From assembly GCF_000143415.4 (NCBI RefSeq), contig NW_003314261.1, positions 3,154,880-3,218,879 on the forward strand: 64,000 nt of DNA. Reading direction: 5' to 3'. Within the stretch, counting starts at the first letter, position 1. Each line of letters opens with the position of its first letter. Under the pieces are notes generated by a model. The model was not told where the DNA came from and did not search any database. It saw nothing but the letters and a program-made list of their open reading frames with translations. The stretch is from Selaginella moellendorffii (taxonomy: Eukaryota; Plantae; Lycopodiophyta). The position numbers and the translations under genes are program-made. This document shows positions 1-10,669 of this stretch, piece after piece.

Positions 1-35
<35 letters not shown>

Positions 36-36
36 G

Positions 37-114
<78 letters not shown>

Positions 115-132
115 CATGTATACATATACATA
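1..132. repeat. (TA)n microsatellite with TG/CA interruptions
   Basis: Directly visible TATATA array from the window start. Confidence 0.97.
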
Positions 133-754
133 GATATCATGTATATAATGATATCTAGGTAATATATGGCAAGTTATATATAATACTAAGAATTAATAGC
201 TAATTATTTGAGAATGAATAATGCCTAACCATATACTAAATGGCCATCCCACATATGAATACGTAATGGATATGGTGATCTTCTTATAGGATTCCCCCAA
301 TGGATATATATTTTCCTAATAGATGAATTTCCCAATAGGAGATGAATGTTCCTGATAGGAAAAACTCCTGATGAAAAAATGTCTTCTCAATAGAACATAT
401 TTGCTTTATACTTCCCGATAGGAACATATGCCTCCCGATAGGAAAATTTAGTCTTTTGTTTCCCCATAGGAAAGATTTATTGATTGGGACACTTCAAGCA
501 TATTTAAGAAGCTTCTCTCAAAAATAAGTTAATAATTTTTTGCATTCTTGGGTTTAATTCAGTCTTCTTCCTTCGTTGCATGTGTTTAAAGTTGCAAAGA
601 GAAATTGTTTTTTACTCCCCATCTTTGCCAAGTAGTAATAGCACTATTGGGTTTTTTATATGAGATGTAATGTATCATTCACGATCTTATTTAAGGTAAG
701 TATTTTGATGTAACATTGTTAATGGTCATATTTGACACTAGATTATAACTTAAA

Positions 755-1468
755 TTGCACTTAAATGAATCTCGAGGAAGGAAGATGAAGTATACCCTAG
801 TTAACAATGATACATTTGCAATCAACAACACTATTTTTTCTAAATTACAAGGTGATACATACATCTACAAAAACATTGATTTTGTTGACACTGAACATCC
901 TGAAAAATTTCCAACAGAATTCTTAAATTTTATCACACCTTTTGGTCTCCCACCACATAAACTCTCTCTCAAACAAGGTGCTATTTTTATCCTCCTAAGA
1001 AATATGTCTCCATCAGCAGGACTATGCAATAGCATACGTCTCATCTTGAAAAATATGCTACCAAATGTTTTAGATTGTGAAATTGTCATGGGGCAATTTA
1101 AAGGGACAAGAGTTTTTATCCCACATATCACACTAATACCATCAAATACAGAAATTCCATTCAAAATGTCCAGACGACAATTTCCAATTTGTTTGGGTTA
1201 TTGCTTAACAATCTCCAAATGCCAAGGACAGACATTTGACTGAGTTAGAGTTTACTTGCCCCACCCAGTTTTCACTCATGGGCAACTTTATTTGGCTTTA
1301 TCAAGATGCACATTACCACATGGACTTGAAATTAAAGTTCAAAACACCACATGCCAAGGCCACCTCTTTCCTCAAGATTGTTTTGTTTTTACAATTAACA
1401 CTGTCTATAAAGAAGTTTTATATTAAACCTCTTTGTAAACCACCCAACATTTGTTGGGCAAGTACTCA
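755..1468 (+). mobile_element. Decayed Helitron 3' end: PIF1-like helicase C-terminal fragment plus terminal hairpin
   Basis: ORF has PPHKLSLKQG...LLRNM...GLCN...RRQFPI...TISKCQGQT. Reading through the TGA at 1241-1243 in frame gives VYLPHPVFTHGQLYLALSR...TINTVYKEVLY* (stop 1426), the usual Helitron helicase end. Perfect hairpin CCCAACA-TT-TGTTGGG at 1443-1458. Confidence 0.85.
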
Positions 1469-2030
1469 TTACATAATATTTATAGCTTACATCACTCACA
1501 AGATCACTATTTATGGGATGTGAGAAGTTAGCAATCCTTGAACAATAATATAGTTAAATTTCAAAATTACTAGTAGCATATTTAACACACTCTTACACCA
1601 CTTATTAGTGAAATAGTCTTTAATTAATCTCATAACTAGCAAACAATTACTAAAATTGATTGTAAATGAGTTTGCAACTTGTAAGAATAAACTATACAAA
1701 ACACAACTAATAATGTTATTTTTTAAATTTGATGGCTTTATGGATTTCAATATTCTTTCGATTTAGTAAAAAACTAATTAGGAAGCACTCTCAATAGGCA
1801 TTCTTCCTATCAATTAAAAATTTGACCAATGTTTTCTTAATAGTATTTTATTTGTTAGAAATTGCTTTTTTGTAGAAAAGAAATTTTGAAGGAATTACTT
1901 TTTCATTAGGAAGAAATTTTGAAAAAATGTCTTATTAAGAATATCTTTGATTCCCAACAAGAACATTCTTCTGTTGGTAATACTCATTAGAATAATTCTT
2001 ACCAATAGGAAGGAAAAAACACTTAAACTT

Positions 2031-2170
2031 ATTAGGAGGTCCTTATGGGTATTTCTAATAGGAAAATTTGTATCTATCAAATGGTAAATTTTAGTGGGAG
2101 TATAGGAGGTCCTTATAAGTATTTCTGATGGGAAAATTTACATTTATTGGGTGGTAAATTTTAGTGGGAG
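2031..2170. repeat. Two-copy ~70-bp tandem repeat
   Basis: TAGGAGGTCCTTAT...TGGTAAATTTTAGTGGGAG occurs at 2031-2100 and again at 2101-2170. Confidence 0.85.
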
Positions 2171-3356
2171 CTCCATTAAAAAAGTCTTTTAGAACATACT
2201 ATCGGGAGATAAAGGTTTTGATGGGCAATCTTATTAGAATTTTCCATCCTGTTGGCAGAAAACAAAATTAATCTATTGCAAAATATTTCAAATTTTCAAT
2301 GAATTTTCCTATTCTGAGGAGGAAATTTTCTCATTTTGGCATATTAAAAATTCCATTCTATTGGGGATGGACTATTTGATATGGCCAACTTAGCCTACCA
2401 CATCATGGCCATGTAATCAAAGTAAATCTGTTAATAAGAACATATAATGAAATACATATTGAATGATTGCATACTCAAATATGAGAAATGTTCCCATCAA
2501 GAACTCTTTAGATTAAAGATATGTTAGAATATGCCTTTTCAATCCAATGGTTGGAAATTTATATATATACTGTATATATGCCTTTCATATATATGAGATA
2601 GCTATGCCAGAAATACTTGTGCGAGCCATATAAAAGATTCTACTAATCCAAATGCCCAACAAGTAGAGAAAAGAGATTATCCCTGCATAGCTTTAAAACC
2701 CATTCCTAGTGTATGGTTAGTATATAGAATTTAATTTTAATTTAATTTAGTTAAGTATTTTTTATGACTTTGAGTAAAAAAACAAATGTGTAAGGTCTAA
2801 GTGTACGGTTACAATGCCAATATTAGTGTGGTGGGATTTTGGTAACCATTAGATTAGTTTTAATTTGGACCACTTGCTCTTATATATAAATTAGGGTTTT
2901 TGGCTTAATTGATATTCATATTTTCTGTAATCCCTTTTCATATTCCATGCACTCATAGATGGAATTTTTATAATGTATTCAAAGAATCTGTTTAAAGTTA
3001 TTAGGATTTCAGAAAACCCATGTTCTATAACTAAAGGTTTTACTTTATAACAAATTGACTTTCACAATCAAAATATGAAGGCATAAAGTGTCACAATTAC
3101 AATTAACATTTGCTAGTTGTCAACAAAAAGAAAGATATGCTGAAGAAGATATGCCAAAGGCATGAAGAATTTAAGAGTAACAATTTGAAATTTGCTAGTT
3201 GTCAAAGAAAAAAAAACGGCATATTCATTATATTAACTTCTTGGATGATGTTAGGACAAACTTGTGTTTTGTTTCATACGTGGGTTAATTGTCTAATGAC
3301 ACATGTCACTTTGCTTTATATGAAAACGAAATGGTTCAGTGAATCTGGTCTTCTCG

Positions 3357-4550
3357 ATGGCTGAAGTTCTTCCGGCCTTTGTTCTTCCTTCCGAACATCG
3401 GCCAGGCCAAGTAAATTCCACGGATGGAATTCCAGTGATTGATCTCAAAGGATGGCACTGGGAGGCCGCAGAATGGCCCCAGGATCGCAGCTATAGGGAG
3501 AGCATTGTGCGGCAAATCGGAGACGCTGCGCAGGAATGGGGATTTTTCCAGATTGTCAATCACGGGGTCTCGCAGCGTGTGCTGGACGAGGTGGAGTCTT
3601 CGGCCAGGGAGTTTTTTGACCTGGATCTCGAGGAGAAGCGCAAGGTGACGAGAACTGCGGACAACGCCATGGGATACTTCGACATGGAGCTCACCAAGAA
3701 TGTCCGCGACTGGAAGGAGGTCTACGACTACTTGGCCTGCGAGAGAGCCGAAATCGCTCCAAAGCAAGTTTTTGCGAACAAGTGGCCATCAAATCCTCCG
3801 GAATTCAGGTATTTCTCCTCCCAGAGGTTCTCTATCATCCAGGAATCTCTTTATGCGATTTTGACAGGGATGCTTGCAAGAATTACTCGGCGGCTATGGA
3901 GGCGCTAGCTTTCAAGGTCCTGGAGCTCGTCGTTGAGAGCCTCGGAGCTCCCGCCAAGGCCTTGAACGAACACTTCGTGGGAGGATCCACTCGAGTTCGC
4001 CTCAATTTCTACCGAAAGTGCCCGTCCCCCGACCTTGTTCTTGGAGTGAGCAGGCACAAAGATGGCTGCGCTCTCACGCTGCTAGCCCAGGACGAGGTTG
4101 GCGGGCTCCAAGTGAAATCCAAAAGGAACGATCAGTGGGTCCAAGTGAAAGCTCGCCGCGACGCATTTGCAGTGAACATTGGAGACCTCATCCAGGTAGA
4201 TTTTCCTTTCTATCACCCCCATCTCTTCCAGAATTTACCTTTCACAGGTTTGGAGCAACGGCAAGTACCAAAGCATCGAGCATCGGGTGGTGGTCAACTC
4301 CACCAGAGACCGCTTCTCTTGCCCGGTCTTCTTTAGTCCAACCTATGCGACCAACGCTGCCCCGTTGCCCGGCCTGGTCAACGAGAACCATCCAGCGAAG
4401 TACAAGCCGGTCAACTGGGGAGAATACTACAAGATGAGGAGGGATAGCAATTTCAAGAACTTGGGCAAGCCAAACGTCCAGATAGATAACTGGGCCATTG
4501 CCATTGACCATATAGTCCTTGGCCATTATAATAAAACTATGCCGTGCTAG
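3357..4550 (+). CDS. 2-oxoglutarate/Fe(II)-dependent dioxygenase (DOXC class, DMR6/F3H-like superfamily), 3 exons
   Basis: IPVIDL, EWGFFQIVNHGV, RLNFYRKCP, H-x-D (RHKDG), NIGDLIQV, HRVVVN, RFS. GT-AG introns 3809-3867 and 4196-4247 restore the frame. Confidence 0.93.
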
Positions 4551-4916
4551 AAGTTGACTAACGTTGAATGGAGGAGACCCGCTGAACATGCAAAGAGGGT
4601 CTTGTCTACAGTGGCATCACCTTAGGTGAAAACGTTCTTTTCACCGGCTTAGAACGCTTTTTCACTGATGGTAGGGAATCTTGGTAAGTCCGTTGGAACA
4701 TGCACAAGGCAGCTCGATTCAGTGGCCCAGAAGCAGCAGGAGGCGGGAGCCCTTTGCAAGTGTGAAGTACCAAAACCCACGCCCAAATAAAAAGACCTAG
4801 AGCAGCCACATTTTCCCTCGGAGTGGAGAGCTCTCCCAGGGCGCGTGTTCTAGAGCGTCGTGGTGATCGTCTCGTCTCGTCTCGTATAGAATCCCTTCTC
4901 CTTTCTCTCTTCCACC

Positions 4917-7053
4917 ATGATGATCCAGATGATGTCGGTCGCCGAGCAATCCATCCCGACGCTCTCGCTCCGGCGAAGCTGGCTAGGTCGATCGATTGTA
5001 GAGTTTCTTCTTGCTTGTGATTCTCACGGTGTGATTGATCCATCCATGGCTGCCAGGGCCCTTCCAGGACATCGTGGAGGAGGACGGGAGCTTCAAATAT
5101 TACGCCGATGGCGAGTGGCAGACCTCCTCGTCGCGGCGATCGGTCACAATCTCCAATCCCGCGACGCGGGAAGCGCAGTACAAGGTCCAGGGTGAGTGAG
5201 ATTTCCAGCCGCGATCGATCGATCGATCGATCGACGCGGCGCGGGCTACATTCTCGTGATTTCTCTTCTTTCTCGCAGCATGCACGCAGGAGGAAGTGAA
5301 TCGCGCCATTGACAGCGCCAAGGCCGCGCAGCGCGTGTGGGCCAAGACTCCCCTCTGGAAGCGCGCCGAGAAGCTCCACAAGGCGGCGTCGCTGCTCAAG
5401 GAGCTCAAGAACCCGATCGCCGAGTGCCTGATCAAGGAGATCGCCAAGCCGGCCAAGGATGCAATGTCGGAGGTATCGCGATCTCGATCATGCATGGCAT
5501 CTCTCCCCCTCTCTATCTCTTCCCTCTAGTCCTCGAAAATTTCCAGGGTTCTCATCTCAAGATCGATATTTCGATGCGCAGGTCGTCCGCTCCGGCGATC
5601 TCATCTCCTACACGGCGGAGGAAGGGATCAGGGTTTTGGCAGAGGGCAAGTTCCTCGTCTCGGACAGCTTCACCGGCAATGACAGGAACAAGCTTTGCCT
5701 CGCCTCCAAGGTATCGAGCGATCGATCCACACCGCGGTTTCTCACCGATCTTTGATCCATGCAGATCCCACTGGGTGTCATCTTGGCCATCCCTCCCTTC
5801 AACTATCCCGTCAATCTGGCCGTCTCCAAGATCGCGCCCGCGCTCATCGCTGGCAACGCCGTGGTCGTCAAGCCTCCCACCCAAGGCGCCGTCGCCGGCC
5901 TCCATGCCATCCACTGCTTCCACCTTGCTGGATTCCCAAAGGGTTTGATCAGCTGCATCACGGGCAAGGGGTCGGAGATTGGGGATTTCCTGACCATGCA
6001 CTCTGGAGTGAATTGCATCAGGTAAGGATATGTCCTTGATCGTCGCGACGGTGTCACTGATCTTCTCTTTTTCTTGCGCAGTTTCACCGGTGGAGACACT
6101 GGCATTGCGATCTCCAAGAAGGCCGGGATGATTCCTCTCCAAATGGAGCTGGGAGGGAAGGATGCGTGCATCGTCTTGGAGGACGCTGATATCGATCTCG
6201 CTGCTACCAACATCGTCAAAGGAGGCTTCTCATACAGGCAAGTCCTGGAGTTTCTTTGGATCGAACTTACCAAACTCTCGTTTTGTGCAGTGGGCAGCGC
6301 TGTACGGCCGTGAAGCTCGTCCTGGTTATGGACTCCGTGGCGGACGAGCTGGTGGCCAAAGTGAACGCCAGGATCTCCAAGCTCACGGTGGGATCACCAG
6401 AGGACAACAGCGACATCACGGCAGTGGTGAGCGAGGCGTCCGCCAACTTCATCGAGGATCTCGTCGAGGACGCACGCGAGAAGGGAGCGAGCTTCTGCCA
6501 GGATTACAAGCGCAAGGGAAATCTCATCTGGCCGCTCCTGGTCGACCGCGTGACACCCGACATGCGCCTGGCCTGGGAGGAGCCATTCGGTCCAGTGATC
6601 CCGGTGATCCGGATCAAGTCCGTGGAGGAAGCCATCCACCACTGCAACTCAAGCAACCTCGGCCTCCAGGTAAACCAAAGCTCCAGCATCGATTCTATCA
6701 GCGGACAAAGTTCCAGCATCGATTCTATCAAAAGGTCTCACGCTGTTTTCGTTGTTTCTCCAGGGATGTGTCTTCACTCGCGACATCAACAAGGCTATGA
6801 TTATGAGTGATGCAATGGAGACAGGGACCGTGCAAATCAACTCGGCCCCAGCTCGGGGGCCCGATCACTTCCCCTTCCAGGTACCACAATCATCGAATTC
6901 TATGATCTCTTGGTTCTTATTTTAATGGTTTCGCTACAGGGTCTCAGAGATAGCGGCATTGGATCGCAAGGCGTGACGAACACCATAAACATGATGACCA
7001 AGACCAAGACAACAGTCATCAATCTCCCGGGGCCGTCCTATTCCATGGGATGA
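4917..7053 (+). CDS. GAPN: Non-phosphorylating NADP-dependent glyceraldehyde-3-phosphate dehydrogenase (ALDH11), multi-exon
   Basis: KYYADGEW, WAKTPLWKRAE, IPPFNYPVNLAVSKIAPALIAGN, FTGGDTG, MELGGKDA, FSYSGQRCTAVK, WEEPFGPV, ARGPDHFPFQG, C-terminus NLPGPSYSMG*. The start at 4917 requires intron 4987-5056. Confidence 0.95.
6677..6730. repeat. ~30-bp tandem duplication inside a GAPN intron
   Basis: AAAG(C/T)TCCAGCATCGATTCTATCA occurs twice, 30 bp apart. Confidence 0.85.
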
Positions 7054-7119
7054 AAATTTTATTCCTTTGTGATAATGATGAAGTAACGAATAGTTCTCCC
7101 CTTTTGAAGGGGAGGGTAT

Positions 7120-7160
7120 AAACCCTAAAAATTTTCATACGTAGAATTATGCCACGTGGC
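7120..7160 (+). promoter_or_regulatory. Telo-box (AAACCCTAA) and palindromic G-box (GCCACGTGGC) upstream of SBE
   Basis: Motifs at 7120-7128 and 7151-7160, within 80 bp of the SBE ATG. Function not shown. Confidence 0.45.
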
Positions 7161-7197
7161 AAATTTGTGTGAAGTTAGGGTCGATACTGGGGCGAGA

Positions 7198-10100
7198 ATG
7201 GAGATCGCCATTGCCTCCGCCGTGTGTCCGGCGATCTCGCCCTGCTCCAGCTCCAAGGTAGATCGATTGGTTGCCGCATTGCGTGCTAACGCTGGATCGT
7301 GTTGATCTGTCACAGGAGCGCCAGCAGCAGCCGCTTCGGTCGAGCCGGGGGCTTCTCCGGCGATCGACGCTCGTGTCAGGTCAGAAAGTACGTTGAGCTT
7401 GACGAGCGAGGAAGAAATTCTCTTGATTATGTTCCTTTGTCGCAGATTATGGCTGATCCGCGATGGAATTTCCACCGTTCAGTGATCAAGGCAGTGAAGA
7501 CCGAGGAGCATGTAGCAAGAGAGGATTTGCCTGTTGTGCGAGTCGATCCCCTGCTGGCTCCACACCAGGACCATCTTAAGTACCGATTTTCTCAGTACGA
7601 GAGGAGGAAGAGAGCCATCGAGAAGTATGAAGGTGGTCTTGAGAAGTTTTCTTTGGGTAAGCAAGCTCATCTTTTCTCTACTTTTCTTTGCTTGATCCTA
7701 TTTTTTTTAAGCTTCTAGGCTTTCAGAAGTTTGGATTTAATTACGAGGATGGTTATATAGTCTACCGGGAATGGGCTCCTCCTGCACAGTAAGAAGTAAA
7801 TCTTTGGTGGCTAAACTCTTTTCCTATAAACTCATGCTTTCTCATTTCAATAGAGCGGCTCAACTTATTGGGGACTTTAACAACTGGGATGGATGGAGCC
7901 ACCCGATGGAGAAGGATAAATATGGTGTGTGGTCAGTACGCATACCAGATGTTGATGGGAAGCCCGGAATTCCTCATGGATCCAGAGTTAAATTTCGGAT
8001 GCAGAAGGGAGATGGCCAGTGGATCGATCGTATACCTGCGTGGATAAAGTATGCGACTGTGGAAGCTGGGAAAATGGGAGCTTCTTACGACGGAATTCTG
8101 TGGAATCCATCGGAAGATCAGAGGTATTGATTTCATTCTGTGAATCGGTCTTATGAGTTTCTTGTCTATCAGGTACAAGTTTGAGCATCCACGACCTCCC
8201 AAGCCTGTCGTTCCTCGCATATACGAAGCACACGTTGGCATGAGTTCCAAGGAGCCATGTGTAGCGTCCTACATCGACTTTGCGGACAATGTGCTTCCTC
8301 GGATCAAGGCAAACAACTACAACACGGTTCAACTGATGGCAGTGATGGAGCACTCTTACTACGCTTCCTTTGGCTACCATGTCACAAATTTCTTCGGTGT
8401 GAGCAGCCGCTCGGGAACTCCTGAAGAGTTGAAGTATTTGATCGACAAAGCTCACTCTCTGGGCTTACGGGTGCTGATGGACGTTGTGCACAGCCATGCA
8501 AGCAACAACATTAAAGATGGTTTGAACGGATTCGACTTGGGGCAACAAACGCAGGAATCATATTTTCACACAGGGGATCGAGGCTATCACAAGCTCTGGG
8601 ACAGTCGGCTTTTCAACTACAACAACTGGGAGGTCGAAAGGTTTTTGCTATCGAATTTGCGGTGGTGGCTGGAAGAATACCAGTTTGACGGGTTCCGTTT
8701 TGATGGAGTCACTTCTATGCTGTACCATCATCACGGGATACACATGTCATTCTCAGGAAGATATCGAGATTACTTCAGCGAAGCCAGCGATGTGGATGCT
8801 GCTGTCTACCTTATGCTCGCCAACGAGCTCGTCCACACTCTTTATCCGGATGCAACGACAATTGCGGAAGATGTCTCGGGAATGCCAACGCTTGGTAGGC
8901 CCGTTTCTGAAGGAGGCGTGGGATTTGATTACCGCTTGGCCATGGGAATTCCAGATACCTGGATCAAGCTTCTCAAGGAAGTGACCGATGAGCATTGGTC
9001 AATGGCTGAGATAGCATCAACGCTTTTGAACAGGAGATACACTGAAAAGGCCATCGCCTATGCAGAAAGTCATGACCAGGTAGATACTCTGGGAGCTGCT
9101 TTTGGAAAACTTGTTTACGCTTGTGTTTGCAGTCTCTGGTGGGGGACAAAACCTTGGCTTTTATGCTTATGGACAAAGAAATGTACGCAGGAATGTCCGC
9201 TTTGCAAGAGCAATCCATCATTATTGAACGAGGGATCGCACTTCATAAGGTATGAGTAGTGATTAGTGATCGTTTATATGAACATCAGTAATTGCAGATG
9301 ATCCATTTTCTTACAATGGCTCTTGGAGGAGATGGTTATTTGAATTTTATGGGAAATGAGGTACGCTAGTTTTCTTGACTGGCTAATAAATTTATTCGAG
9401 CTATTTTGTAGTTCGGACATCCAGAATGGATCGACTTTCCCAGAGAGGGTAACAAGTGGAGCTATGATAAATGCCGACGGCAGTGGGATTTGGTCGACAC
9501 GGACCATCTTCGATACAAGGTTTGCCGTGACTGTCATTTGCTGTGCGTGTTTTGATTCGCGGCATTCAGTTTATGAACGAATTTGACAAAGCTATGAATG
9601 CGCTGGAGGAGAAATATCACTTTCTGACGTTACCTCTAATTGTTTCGAGTGCGCACGACAAAGACAAGGTGCAGCTTTCCAAATTCAACCAAAATCTCAA
9701 CAATTATTTCAGGTCATTGTCTTTGAAAGAGGAGATTTAGTTTTCGTGTTCAACTTCCATCCAGAGACAACCTATGAGGGGTATGTGGCGATTCGACTTG
9801 TATGGGATCTCATTCTTTTCTGCAGGTATAAGATTGGATGTGATCTTCCCGGAAAGTACAAAATTGCTTTAGACAGTGATGCATTTGACTTTGGTGGCCG
9901 TGGCCGGGTAAACTCATCTCTCCTTTTTCTTTCTTTCATTACATGTTTCAATTCCCTGCCAGGTTGGTCATGACGTGGACCATTTCACCAGTCCCGAAGG
10001 TATCCCTGGGAGGCCCGAAACAAACTTCAACAATCGTCCAAGCTCTTTCCTTGTTCTGTCACCAGCTCGGACATGCCAGGTGAATCATTTACTCATTCGC

Positions 10101-10285
10101 TCACAAAGAGCTTAACGCCTATCTTCCACCAGGTTTATTTTAAAGTTCCGGAAGACGCCGTCCAATCCGAGGAAGAGAACGAGGAGCCAGCGGCAAGCGT
10201 CTTGCAGCTTATATCCCAGTCCGCCGCACAAAAGGATCTTCCATTCAATTTTATGGACGACATACCGGACTTCTCACAAGACTAA
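7198..10285 (+). CDS. SBE1: 1,4-alpha-glucan branching enzyme (starch branching enzyme, SBEI class), plastid transit peptide likely, multi-exon
   Basis: [105 protein letters not shown]. Ser/Ala/Arg-rich N-terminus. Confidence 0.95.
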
Positions 10286-10669
10286 AGGTACGTGATTGAT
10301 CAGGCGACATCACGGTGTGTGAGCTGGTGCTCTAATCAGCAGGTTGTCAACCGCGACTTTCGTTTGGTCGATCGTCCGAGCAATGGAAGTGACAAACAGG
10401 CGGACAGCTTAGGATTCGGGTCTCGAACGAGTGAATGTGATGATCTCGTCATCGAAACCATACTCTTTATGGCTCAAACAGTTGTCCTTCAAATCTCTCA
10501 GCTCGACCATCTCCGGCATCACGGAGACAAGCTGGTGCTTCACACACCAGTTCGAAGAAAGCCATGATTTCTTCCCAGAGCGAGAATATTCTGCTTAATC
10601 AAATGTCAGCCATTGGATATAGGACCATCCAACGGATGGTATTCATTTAGGGCTCTTGGCCTAGGTTGC

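Noticed and set aside
280-2340. Short interspersed repeats as a CRISPR-like array
   Set aside because: Repeats are short, degenerate, irregularly spaced and in both orientations, in a plant nuclear context with no cas genes.
4606-5379. 257-aa minus-strand ORF and the many other antisense or alternate-frame ORFs over GC-rich genes
   Set aside because: Shadow frames caused by high GC3; no recognisable motifs, and they overlap well-supported genes.
10290-10610. Possible snoRNA (GTGATGA) or small ORF between SBE and the PPR gene
   Set aside because: No properly placed D box or terminal stem, and no recognisable protein motif.
10613-10669. ORF-track N-terminal extensions from TTG/GTG starts (also 16105, 17116, 36017, 55764)
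   Set aside because: Eukaryotic genes; the first suitable ATG was used.
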